A DNA stretch of 64,000 bases from Kondoa subrosea (lineage: Eukaryota). How positions within the stretch are numbered: the stretch's first letter is position 1; each line of letters opens with the position of its first letter. Both the position numbers and the translations under genes were made by a program. Below, in pieces: positions 26,901 through 40,447 of the stretch. A model generated the notes under the pieces. The model was given only the letters and a program-made list of their open reading frames with translations, searched no databases and had not been told where the DNA came from. The stretch covers positions 1,795,129 to 1,859,128 of the forward strand of contig BCIN01000001.1 in the NCBI GenBank assembly GCA_039545335.1, written 5' to 3'.

Positions 26901-28371
26901 AGCGCATGTTGGCTCTGTTTGGACTACCTTATGTCACAGCGCCGATGGAAGCGGAAGCCCAATGTGCTGAACTCGTGCAACGCAATCTTGTGGATGGGAT
27001 CATTACCGACGATTCAGATGTCTTCCTCTTTGGCGGAACTCGAGTGTACAAGAATCTGTTCAATCAGAACAAATACGTCGAATGCTATCTGTTGTCTGAC
27101 TTGGAACGCGAATTCAGTCTTTCAAGGGAGAAGCTCATTCAACTGGCTCACTTCTTGGGTAGCGATTATACTGAGGGCTTGCCTGGAGTTGGTCCTGTGA
27201 TCGGAATGGAGTTGATGAACGAGTTTGCTGGCCCAGACGGTTTGAGCGAATTTCGAAAGTGGTGGAGCAAAGTGCAGAAAGGTCAAGACACGCCGGAAGA
27301 CACCAATACTGCTTTCAGACGCCGCTTCGTAAGTCTTTGGTCTATCTATAGGTAGCCGGAAGCTGAACATCGTAAGTAGAAAAAGTCAAAAAAGAATCTA
27401 TTCCTGGAGGAATCTTGGCCTAACCCAGCTGTGGTACGTCATACTAGCATTGAGAGGGCTCTTACTGAATATCGAGCAGGCTGAAGCATATTGGAAGCCT
27501 ACAGTCGATTCCAGTGAAGGTCGATTCGAATGGGGCATCCCAGATCTCGATGGTCTGCGAAGGTTAGCCTGGTCATCTGACCTAGCAATCTCTTCTCATA
27601 TTCTCTAGCTTTCTGGCCGAATCTCTTGGCTGGGGTGTGCATAAAGTTGATGATTTGCTTACGCCCTTGATCAAACGAATGGGTCAAAGAGTCAGTCTCA
27701 CTTTCATTGCGACTGCACTAAATCTGAACAAGCCCTTGTCAGAATCACGGCGTGGCCAATATGCAAGGCACACTTGACAAATTCGTAAGTTTCAATTTTT
27801 GCTAGCGCAGGGATTACACTTGACATTGTATGCAGTTCGATGTCAGCGGCGGCAATGGTCGCTTTGCACCTCATACAAAGTCAGTCTTCTGCTTTTGCTG
27901 CCCTTGTTATCTGTATTGAACGCCGAGAGCAGAATCGCTTTCCATTCGGCCAGACTACAAAATGTTATCAAGCAGTATCGGAAAACCACGCAGAATTCAG
28001 CTGAACAGAAGTCTGAGAGCTCATCTGAAGAAGAGCCACGACCCAAACCTATCAAACGAAGAAGTAACACCCGCAAGAAGTCTAATTCAACATCACCGGC
28101 GATCTCTAGACGGCCTTCGCGACAGGCGTCTCAGCGAGAAGAGCCAGAACAGCAGCAGGTTTCTCAGCAGATCGTTCCACCGGCTCTTGCTCTCGAACAA
28201 GCGATTGCCGCTTCTCTCCCGGATGTGTCGAAAGCACCACCTCCGAAGGAGAAACGTATCAAGGCAGCTCCCAAGAAGGATGACATTGCTACAAGAGCAC
28301 TTGGGAGCAGGCGAACGCGCAAAGAAAAGAAGAGACTCGATCTAGATTCAGACGATTCTGGCTTCGAGTAA
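23909..28371 (+). CDS. RAD2: XPG/Rad2 structure-specific endonuclease
   Basis: MGVHGLW, LAIDSSIWVYQF, PVFVFDGGAP, long spacer, APMEAEAQCA, IITDDSDVFLFG, GSDYTEGLPGVG, PIP-box-like QGTLDKFF. Confidence 0.96.
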
Positions 28372-28654
28372 TACCTTGATGTAAAATTACCTACATGTCG
28401 ATACCATGCATCTTAGTTGTAAATTATGCGTTGGCAATCTGCGTGTGACAGCTTTGCCTTGTCATCTTTCGCTCAGCGATATGAAGTCAGACAATACGAT
28501 GAATTTTAGCTTCACAAAATGTAGACCAGAAAAAAGTTGGACAATCCAAGTGTGCCGGGATAAGAGCAAAAGGTGGAAAATGACATGAAATGTTCTACCC
28601 TGCAAGCCAATAATACTATTCCGAAGCCCTCACTGCTACTAAACCTTGCTATGT

Positions 28655-30385
<1,731 letters not shown>

Positions 30386-31772
30386 CTGTGTGGTATAGAG
30401 AAGAGAAGATGTAAGAGCACAGCGAGTCGCGGACCAAAGGAAGAGCGAAAATCCAACTTGTGTTTGGACATACTCAGCCATGTCAATTGCGGTCCTGCTT
30501 GAATGAGTTGCTCTGTGACCTTCTTCTAATTGCGCTATCACTTCCACAGACTATTTATCCTTTTCCTGTTTCTCGCTGAAATGCATTTGGCGATTTGGCC
30601 TACTCTCGATCGATAGCAGCTACATTTATCGCAGCGTTCATATTAGATGACAAGTTATCTGACTACGTCTTCCACCGAGATCTATTGCAGACGCACTCCT
30701 TAGCTCCATGTTCTTCTCGCTTCTTGCTTTTTGTCTTTTACTTTCGAACAAGAGCTAGCGCCCGTCGGCTGTACACCACAAGCCCATCGTGCCTGCTTCA
30801 ACTCTATGGGCGGCGGCTCTTTACCAAAGCGCAACAATGGCAGACTGTGTGGATGCTTCGTTAATTCCGTCAATTGGCTGTTCGCAGTGCTCAAGCATCT
30901 TTATTCGCTCTGCGTAGTCGAGTTAAACATCTCTAAATCTATCCAAAGATTGGCTGTCGCTTCTGCATCTCTCTCGAGCCTGGGTATGATTGCCAACCGT
31001 ATTTCACCTTCAATCCATGCAGAGCGGATTGCCATCTTTGTCATCTACTTCAGGACTACTCTCACTAACAAAGTAATAGTCAACTCAGCTTTCATTCTTG
31101 GTCAAATTGGCATAACATTGGTTTCGAATTAACTTGCAAAATATAGCGCAAGAATCATCTGGAATCCGCTGCAACAAGAAGTCATCTCTATGCACCTCAA
31201 TTGAGGCACGTTCCGGTAATACGAGAGATGTGACAATTTGTGGGCATTGGCGAACATATCCTATGCGTTCCAAGTCTTCCTCGCAAAACTTTCTGCTTGG
31301 ACGGCAAGCTCACACGCAAGACAGATTATTGATAGTGCATGGGAAGGAAGCAAAGTTTACATTGATCCGAAGAATTTAAGATCCGAATGACTCTCAATAC
31401 CCAAGCACGTTATTTTGCTGCGAAGCGACTCTTGCGGCTTTCCAGATCAGAAGACGGCAGCTGCACAAGCATTGAATGAGGGAGCGATGGACTTTGCTTC
31501 TTCCGCATCGTGGGAATCGGCTTATCAAAATAGCTGATCAGGATTGCTCTGCAGTCTCCTGCATGGGCAGTCAAGGCTTCGGTAAAATCCCGGCAATTTA
31601 GAGCGGTCCGCAAGGCACAACTTTGTGGTGCCTTGGAAAATCAATGTCTGTCGCTTGTTATGGTCCGCTGTCTCTGGTCATTAAATCATATGGCCGCGCG
31701 GGGCGTTCGCCTTGATCGGATCTCTCTGTCTTTTCTGATATCCTCCAATTGAGAAGCTGCTGCCTTGCGATC

Positions 31773-33043
31773 ATGGATTCAATGCAATCGATGGCATCGC
31801 AAGAATATGCTACCCGAATTCTAGTAGCTCCAGTCATAGCGTGGGGCTTACAGATGATCCTTGGGACATCTGCCATAGTAACAGCTTGGCCTTTCCTTTT
31901 CCCTCCCTCTTCAAATTCTGGTAGAAGCAAAAGGTTCCCTACCTCTTCAGTACCATATGCAAAACTTCTCCTCCGTCTTGCGGCCCTTTCAAATGCATTA
32001 GCGGTGTTGGTGGTATGGTGGGAATTATCCGACTTCTCTGTCAGACAAGATCGATCCTTCAAGATTCTGTCCAAAAGCCGACTCTGTCGTGCTGTTGCTC
32101 CCATTCCAATCTCTTTGACTGCGTAAGTTGTCCATTGCTATATTTTCCCTCTAAATATTCGGGACTGAACTATCATGCTAGAGCATTCACACAAGCATTC
32201 ATGGCTCTAAGATGCTGGAAACTGGCGAATCGCAACATGCTTCTCGGCTTCGTCCTGTCTTTTCTGATTACCGTAGCATGCGCATCTGGTATCACTTTCG
32301 CAGGTCTGAGTGAGCAGCCTTCTTTGCCTTAGAGACCTCAATCAAGGCTAACTTCGATTGCACAGACATCGCAAGAAGACCTCTTACAGACCTGACGGCG
32401 CTAGTTATTCCGCAGCTATTCACCTGGGCAAGCCTTTCGGTCGACACAATCATCACAGCAGTACTGGTAGTCAATTTTCACAGACGAAAACAAGATAATG
32501 ATCTTCCGCGAAGGTCTCGTAAACTCCTAAATGGTCTAATTAGAACTGCTTTCGAGACTTGCGCAATACCTTGGTTTGTTGTCTTCGCTTCTTCAGTTGC
32601 AGGCGCAGTGGCCTTCGTCTACCCTTCGCATATCCGACCCCTTTATTGGGCATTGTGTGGTAAGTGTATCATCTTGTGCATGGTTCAGCCAGTTGCTAAT
32701 AGACTCGATAGCTATAACACCTTCTTTGTATCTATTTGGCTTCATCTATTGCCTGCAATCGACAATGCAAAAATTGGACTCTTCATCTTCAGTCACACGT
32801 GCATCGAAACCACATGCACCACAATGTCTATGCGCGCACGTGAAGCCATTCGACGAAGTCAGCAATGGGAAGATCGAAAGCGCACAAAACTTTTCGCCCA
32901 ACAGTAGTGATCCAGAAGGTAGACACACCTCAAGTAGCTGGGAAGCTCCCGCCTCATGGGAAGCTAAGCAATGGTGGTCGGATGATACGATGGAAAAGGA
33001 GGAAGAGGAAGAAGAGGAAGAAGTGACAGAGAGTAAACCTTGA
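31773..33043 (+). CDS. multi-pass (about 7-TM) membrane protein, DUF6534-like
   Basis: About seven hydrophobic segments; QAFMALRCWKL, WASLSVDTIITAVL, LLNGLIRTAFETCAIP, PSLYLFGFIYCL resemble the basidiomycete DUF6534 family. Confidence 0.65.
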
Positions 33044-33658
33044 ATGCGGGTCAACAATGGCAGGATGCAAGCTGCTTGTGCAGTCGGTATGATCGGCAAT
33101 GCGATAAAGGTACAATCTTTGGTAAGCCGCTGTCTTGCAGCTTGGCTTTGTCCGAACCTTGATGGCCTTGCCAGGATTTTCCAACATATCATACGCGTGG
33201 ACGACTTACTTCCCGCTCGATATATGAGCATTGCATCTGGTTCTAGATCATCCTTCAAAGATTGCATCAGCACGCACTTGTCTGCAATGGCTCTTCGATG
33301 CTTCGTAAGTTCAAAATCTCTACCGTTCTGTCGCGCACACCAAGTTTTAGACTCTCTCTTCATATCAAGACATGCAAGCAATCGACCAAGAAACAGATGT
33401 CAGACCAAAATTTGGCAAACGACGGCACAAGAAACCATTGGTTTACAAGAGGAATCCAGTGTCTTGCTCGGTTGAAGGAAAAGCAGCTTCGGGAGCTTTA
33501 GAGCAGGAGATGGAAGGTTGAGTGCTTCCTTGTATGATCGCCCAATCGATTTAAACAGAGGGATTGCTATTGAACGTACGATGCAAAAGATCTAATCTCA
33601 TGTAATCGTACAACGTGTTTCAGATAGCGTATTGAACGATATCACATCGGATGATTCG

Positions 33659-33982
33659 TCAGAATTCTTCGCACTGCACCGGAAGTGATTGTTTGTCGCT
33701 TACGAGGTGAAGCATTGCGAGCAGCCTCACAAGATTTCCGCAGAGCAAAGATTTTGTCTACCCGACTGTAGGGCGAGGCGACTGCGGCAGCGTCCTGTAT
33801 CCACTTGCTGACAACGCGTAACCTTCATAAAAGAGAGCATAGCAGCCTTCCTCCTCGAGCTCAAAGTCTTCGGCCAAGGTTTGCATCATTTCCTTGAGAT
33901 TTGGAGCTCGCGCTGTAAGATATTGCTTGTCGACTCCGTCATCCCACTTTACAAGCAAGCGAGGTATCGATTCTGAAGTCAT
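33659..33982 (-). CDS. small ubiquitin-like/beta-grasp-like domain protein
   Basis: MTSESIPRLLVKW...LKEMMQTLAEDFELEEEGCYALFYEGYALSASGYRTL is a clear paralog of the N-terminus of the next gene. The 3' end is uncertain (in-frame stop at 33758 if unspliced). Confidence 0.55.
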
Positions 33983-34229
33983 GCGGGGTATCTCTCAAGC
34001 TGATATGGCAGTTTGTTTGCAAGATTTGGCATTACGCGAAGGCGACGCGACTGTGCCAGAATACTGCCAGAAGCGTAGAACAAGAAGAAAGGCATCGTCA
34101 TCAATTCCATGTATCGCTTACAAGCTAATCCAGCAGATCTAGAAATGTACAATCGATCAATTCGGTTTGAGTTTCAAACTTCCAAAGGCCAGCTCTGGCA
34201 TTTGCGCTTCTGCCTTTGATTTCACATTC

Positions 34230-35787
34230 TTACAGCTCATCATCTCTTGCCCTGTATTGGAAAGATGGGCTTCATACAGTCAGGAAAAGGGACAGCACTT
34301 ACCGCCTCGAAACAGCTAATCTAATGCCAGCTTTAATTCTCCCGCAATTCGATTTCGACAACCCCGCAAATCCATCCATGAGCAGATCCAGCTCCAGACA
34401 ATCGCCCATAACCAAAAGAGAATGTCGATCAGTAATCCAACACCAAGTATCGGTGGAGAATTCATCATAAAAAGAAATCAACCAACTATCCCCTTTTTTT
34501 GGTCTTGTAGCCATTACATTTGCTGGGATAAGTCCAAGCCAGCCAGAAGGTGGAACTGCAACTATTTCGGCTGGCCACCAATCGGATTCCCCTGATATAC
34601 AATTTCAGTGCAAACGAAATGGATGTGTAAGAGAGGCATACACTTTGCCCAACTGCATCAAGATGATCAGAACATGGACTGTCGAAAGGGATAGGAAGAA
34701 ATAAAAGCTTACACTTGTTCCCCATCTTGAGATGCATGCGGACTTGTAAAGCTATACCGATCTATCAAGCGCTGCGGGATGACATGTTCCACTTTAGCTG
34801 ATTTCCTCTTGCCCTTATTTTTGGAAGGTGGCGGAGAAGGTTTCTCATCTTCGTACGTCTTATGCAATGCCGCATACTCTGTTTTGGCTGCTAAAGAGAG
34901 TTGTCGACTAGTTGGCAGTGAAGGCTGAGAAAAAGCTTCAGAGCTCTTCGTGCGTTTCCGGCTTGAACCAGAATCTGCTGCACTTTCACGCTTGCTCTGA
35001 TCTTTCGTCGCAGAACTAGATTGTGCTGCTTGAGAGTAATTACTAAGATTTGACTGAGCAAAAGCAGAGCCTCCATGACGGGGATCGACGTGAGAAAGAT
35101 CTGATTGTTGGTTGACTCTGTTCTGCTGATCTGGAGTTGCTGCTGTTGGGTTGTCTTGCTTAGCTACTGCATCGGACATTTGCTTGATGAGTTCCAAATT
35201 ATCTAGCCATTCTTCGCCAGTCAGTTCAGGACTTGCGACTGCATCTTGCTCAGATCCTGGTGGCATTTCACTCGACAAGGTGGAAGAAGGCCAAGGCGTT
35301 GCTTGAGGAGGAAATGGCACAGAAGGCGAAGGTGAAGATTCTGGTACAGAAATACTGAAAGGTGTCGGCTGAGGGGCTTTAGCTGGAATTGGATCTGAAC
35401 AGAGAGTAAGTGCTGCGGCTTGCAAACATTAGGTCACTTCAGCTTACAGCCTACAGGGAACAATTTCGGCTGCTGCAATTCGTAGAGTCCAGGTATCGGC
35501 GCTGAAGTGGATGCTGGCAAAGATTGAGCCAACGAAGACTGGTCTGAGTTATCTTCCAGTTTCGCTTGTGTAGCCTTTCTTTCCAAAGTAACAGGCAATC
35601 CAGGTTGAAGAGTCTTGTAAGCACTTGGAAGAAGTCTTGATCCTTGACAAGTCAAACAGTAGCCCGCTGGATCCTGCTCCAATTCGAAGTCTTCTACAAG
35701 AGTCGAAATCATCTCTCGCAACGTTTCCCTACGCGCCGCTTGATATCTTTCGCCCTCGTAGATGACTGTCAGGGGTATGTCCGCCAG
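34230..35787 (-). CDS. protein with N-terminal ubiquitin-like domain, disordered linker and C-terminal PWWP domain
   Basis: Spliced GEQV-WAKW-ESDWWPAEIV...WLISFYDEFSTDTWCWIT is a PWWP signature (uses an 11-nt microexon). No ATG precedes the N-terminal domain. Confidence 0.7.
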
Positions 35788-36037
35788 GTTGCGCAATATA
35801 ACCAAGTCTGGTATCCTTGTTCAAGACAAAAGAAATTGGGGGAAGATTATGCGAAAGTTGTACCGTACAAGTCGAGGTTTCGGCGTGACACTGCTTGTCA
35901 GGTGACCTGGTTCCTCGAAACTATAGTAGAAGCAGTTTGCCGGATTGATTAAGTTAAAGCTGTTGATTAGTCAGCAAGTGCTGCTCTCGTTTAATGCAAG
36001 ACAGGAGCAGGTATTAGCACTCGTTTGATGCATTCAT

Positions 36038-36928
36038 CTAGTCCTGCACCACATCCTTTTCCATGCCAGCAAGAATTGTCCTCAGCTTGTCTTTATGCAG
36101 CACTCCGTTCACATCGAAGACTTCTCCAAAAGTCAACGTTGCTATCCCTTCCGCTGTTCCTAAGACTGTTTTGCCTCCATTCGTTGAATGCGCATATTTT
36201 GCAGTCAATTGTAAAGGTGGATCTGCTTTCGGCTGCTGAAGAAGTTTCGAGGAGATAGTAAGTGTTTGCGTTTCAATCTTGAAAACGATAAAGGGTCAGA
36301 GCAGGAAGGTGTGATTCAGTTTCAGGAGACTCACTCGACCAGCTACAGTCTTTCGTTTCCCCTTAAAGATCAAGTCCTTGACTATATAATGTTGATGCAC
36401 CCAAGACATTGAGCTGAGAATGCCGTAGCTGTTTACCTTAATCAGCGCGTTCACGCGTTCTCGAGCTTGTACACGGACAGAATGACGCCAACAGCCATCC
36501 ATTGCTTCGACTTGATGAACGGCACATACCATCCATATAAACTTATGCCGCCAGCTATGAGGCAAGAAAGCCAGCCTGTGAGGAGATGGAAGTCTTCGTG
36601 TTGATGAGAAGCTTTGAAAGCTTCAGGTCTAGAGAAATACTGCTCAAAGTCGTGAGCATTGTTCTACTCTGCTAAACAGGATGGACAATCACTTCTTTGA
36701 TGTAATCATCTGCTCCAGAGTCAGACGAGCTCTGTATGCAAAGCTGAAAGGCGTACCACAGGCTAGCTTCAGCTCCTTCAGACATGCATTGTTCACCTGC
36801 ACCTGCAATCCTTGATACTGCTCTGAAGTCTCGCTTTCTGTCTTCTTCTCGCTCTCTGTAGTTGTGCTGCTATCTTTTGCAGGTGCTTTGCCTTTATTGA
36901 CTGCTGCCGGAGCAGATTTACGCGCCAT
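36038..36928 (-). CDS. SPC2: signal peptidase complex subunit 2
   Basis: VNNACLKELKLACDD, HQHEDFHLLTGW, two TMs, IFKGKRK, FGEVFDVNGVL. Confidence 0.85.
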
Positions 36929-37094
36929 GAAGATTCGTCGTATCAAGATAAGTCAGACATGGCATTTCAGATAGATTTACTCCGCACAGAACTTGCAATG
37001 CGCAGTCAATACACTCGTTCCTCGTTCCCCTCGACAGTATCCAATATAAATGCAATTACTATCTACAACCCTAAACGAATCGAGTGGAATACAA

Positions 37095-38534
37095 TCAACA
37101 TGTTCTGTTCACGCAGTCAGCATATATCCGTCACAGTATGACGGGACCACGCACATTTTAGCATCGAAAGGGAACTTAGGCTGTCCTCCTTTCACTGCAC
37201 CCCAACCTGATAAAGTCCAGTCTTCATATATATGCCAGAACCAACCAGCTTTCATGTTCTTGAAGTAAGCACATTGGCTATTAAGCAGATCAAAGTATTC
37301 TTGCTGCGATTGTTGAGTGGCTTGAGCATTTGGACTGTTGGCTTTCCAAATCGAATCATTGCTAGGCCAGCCAGTCTGCGTCAATCGGATGGGTTTGCCT
37401 TGACCGTTTTCTGCGGTCCATTGGATAGACCAGTCAACTACTCCCCAAGCTTTGTTCCCTGTTGTCGCTTGCGAGTCGAAGAAAGGTAGGACATTGAGTT
37501 GCATTGTATCTTGTTGAGCAATCACTTGCGAAGCTATATCATAAGGTGTCATCAGAATCCGTCCTAGTCCAATGAGAAGAGATCAATATACCTCCTCCAT
37601 TGCTTTGATAACCATAAGGCATTTCACTGATAGCTACTTCCATATTATACTGAGATAATTGGCTCTTGACCGATTTTAGCAATTCTGCGAGCTTGTCTAC
37701 TGAAACGGCATGATCGTAGAGCGGTTCACTTCCAACCGTGACTGATCGGATAATATAAGGTGCCTAGGTTGCTATATCCAGCATTGTAGCAATAAGCAGC
37801 AAAAGTGAGCAAACCTACTTTAGGGTTTGTCTTGATCGTGTTGATCAAGTTGTTCATCCTCGGTACATAAACATCGTCTCCGTTGAAGCCAAACCAAATC
37901 AAGGCATACACTCTATGATCAGATGCAATCGTTAACATTTGTCAATGCAAGAAGACTGCGGCCTGGCTCACCCAATCTGAGCTTCTGTCGCAGCATTGAC
38001 AATCTGATCATAGTAGTTATCCTGATCACAATTCCCATATATCCGAACATAGCGACTCTTGTAAGTGTTTCTCATATTCTTGAAATCGTTTGTGAGACTC
38101 GAGAGATCTTGACAAGCAGTTACATCGTAGCTGAAACCCATGAAAGCGTATTCCTCGCTATTCGGACACCACCAATCCTTGAGACTTGAAGAAGTAGCTA
38201 ATGTAGTAGGAATAGACATTGGTGAGCTGGGAAAACAACCTTTGGGTTTCTTTGGTCGCATTTTTGGATTGACGGGTTTCGGTTTAGATTTGCGAGGTAA
38301 GAAAGATGCGGCACTCCGACTAGCGTCCAGCGCTGAAGAAGAGGCAGAAGAGAAAGATTGACGTTTCTCTCTCCTTTGCCGTAAGAAACCGTTCGCCAAT
38401 TCCGCATTCTCAAACTCGAATAGTCCTCCGCTTGATTTGATCATATTCAAGGACAGCAAGTGCTCCGGTACGTTGAGAGGTCGACCAGCGACAGATATAG
38501 CACAAAGAAGAGCTGCTGCCAGAGCTACTTTCAT
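37095..38534 (-). CDS. secreted GH17-like glucan-modifying protein
   Basis: Signal peptide, dibasic RREKR, RYVRIYGNCD, VYALIWFGF, VTVGSEPLYD, LTQTGWPS, WFWHIY. Confidence 0.85.
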
Positions 38535-39227
38535 ACTGAAGGGAATCGATCAACGATATGGGAAAAGAAAGAAACGCATATCCGAGGCGGCGCGTAGGGC
38601 GAAAGGCTGAACCCTGCCTACGTCACAGCAAAGAGATAGCACAAATTGATACAGCAAGGCGGGTTTTGCAAATTTGGGAAAGAGGCTTGCCGCTTGCGTT
38701 GTCTGCGGATGAACAGATACGACAGCGGTCCATGACGTGTATGCAGTCTGAAGTGAATGCTCCAGTATCGTTTGCGAAACAGAGGTTTGGCTGCATTGTC
38801 ATTCGCAATCTGAGCAGAAGTGACCCAAAGTACAAATGCCGAAAAATACGCGCCCCGAATACTGAAGCAGTTCTAAGCAGTTCCGCAATGAGCTCAAAGA
38901 CCGCAAACGAGACTGTATGCACGCGATGATGACTCTGATAATACATTGCAACCTGACCGTCCCGTAACAAATCACCTGAACCCAACTCAAACCTGATTCG
39001 AAAGCCTGACGAGCGTGGCAAGCGCACTTCCATACCGCCCTACATTGACAGATCGGATAACATTCTTCAGTAGTATTAATAGTAGTCGTCGATTTCTGGC
39101 TCCTTTCTCTTTGTGCGCCAATGTACGCCTTTGCGGGGCGATCCTTTCCGTCCTTCTAGCTTTGCGGAACTGCGAAAGAGAAACGCCAACATCAGTATAT
39201 TATCCAATGCAAGAATATGGTTAAAGC

Positions 39228-39948
39228 TCACTCGATTTCAAACAATATCTTGCCTTGAGCAATCATTTCTTGCTTTAGTAACTCGCCTAACCCCGCTTTG
39301 ATAGCAAACTTGCGGTAGACGAGATTAATGACGTCCTTCTGAGCATAAGATCGACCTGTGAAAGGCGTCATTTAATTCTGACGAGCAAGATATCAACTGA
39401 CCTGGAGTTCCAGGATTATTCTGATTGAAGAACTCTTCGTGGTCTAAAGTATCAAGCTCTTCATCCCTGAGTCTATAGTAGCTCTTGACTAAGATTATGT
39501 GCTGTCAGTCTTGTCGAGACCGTTGTGAGCTGGCTTCCTTACCTTCGCTGGAAACTCCCATTTTGGTACCTGCAACATGCGCATATTCAGGATCATGGTT
39601 CCGTCTATTATTCATGATATATTGTTGCCAATTCGCTTCGTTACTTTTCTTTGCCGCGCTGGCCTGCAGAGCCAACTCTTTCTTAGTAGGGCCTGTGCGA
39701 ACTTTCTTTGGAGATGGTGTTTTGACAACTGCCCCTCGTTTACGTTTGGGTGTAGAAGGACTAGTAGCAGCATCAGGTTTGTATTCGTCCTCTGATTCCG
39801 CTCCTTGAGGCTTGAAATCTTCATCTGAATCTGCCCGTTTCTTTGATCTCAATCTGCTCGATCGCTCGTCGTCTGGTACGGGTTCCTCTTTTGCTGTTGC
39901 TGTAGGCTCAAAGGCTGAGTCTAGCTGCTCCTTTTTGATTCGAGGCAT
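39228..39948 (-). CDS. basic protein with XPA C-terminal-like domain
   Basis: K/R-rich N-terminus; spliced SEVKSYYRLRDEELDTL...NNPGTPGRSYAQKDVINLVYRKF resembles the XPA_C pattern. Confidence 0.55.
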
Positions 39949-40447
39949 AGTAGATGATGGCTGAACAAGGTCGAGAAGCGCCAGTGTTTCAGGAGCCAGT
40001 GTTATACACTGTAGGAGGCGACTAAAGTTTCGCACAGATTTGTATAAGACTGGCGACAGATCCATCTAGAAGGGCTATTGTCATGCAGGAACCAAGCAAG
40101 AATTGCCATAAACGGCACAACACAGTTTGACACGCTCAGAACGCGACAGAAAGCAAGCAGATCTCTTGTAGAATTGAAGGATTGTTCATAGAGATCTGCC
40201 TGTGCTGGCCTCCAGCAATCTTCAGAACTTGCCAAACGTAATAATCGTTTGAGCGAGCTTCTTCCCATTGAGAGATGAGTGAGGCGTAGCAGCAGGTATA
40301 TAATGGAGGTATCACTTCATCGGATCTGGCCACAGTCATTGTACTAGAGCAACCGTACCTGATGTCGTGTTTTTTTGGCCTTCGTCTCGAACCGTTCTCC
40401 GACTGGTACTCAGAACGCTCTCTTGACATCCTCTCAAGCTCTCGCTA

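Noticed and set aside
30500..31760. Several 60-130 aa ORFs between PDB1 and the DUF6534-like gene
   Set aside because: No coherent exon chain or recognisable motif; probably a divergent promoter/UTR region, though a small gene cannot be excluded.
32746..33501. 211-aa minus and 143-aa plus ORFs
   Set aside because: They overlap the 3' end of a real gene in antisense or lie in UTR, and have no protein-like features.
34230..34245. C-terminal DDEL as an ER-retention signal on the PWWP protein
   Set aside because: No signal peptide, and the domain content suggests a nuclear protein; likely coincidence.
38540..39220. Overlapping ORFs upstream of the GH17 gene
   Set aside because: No motifs or consistent exon structure; treated as promoter/UTR.
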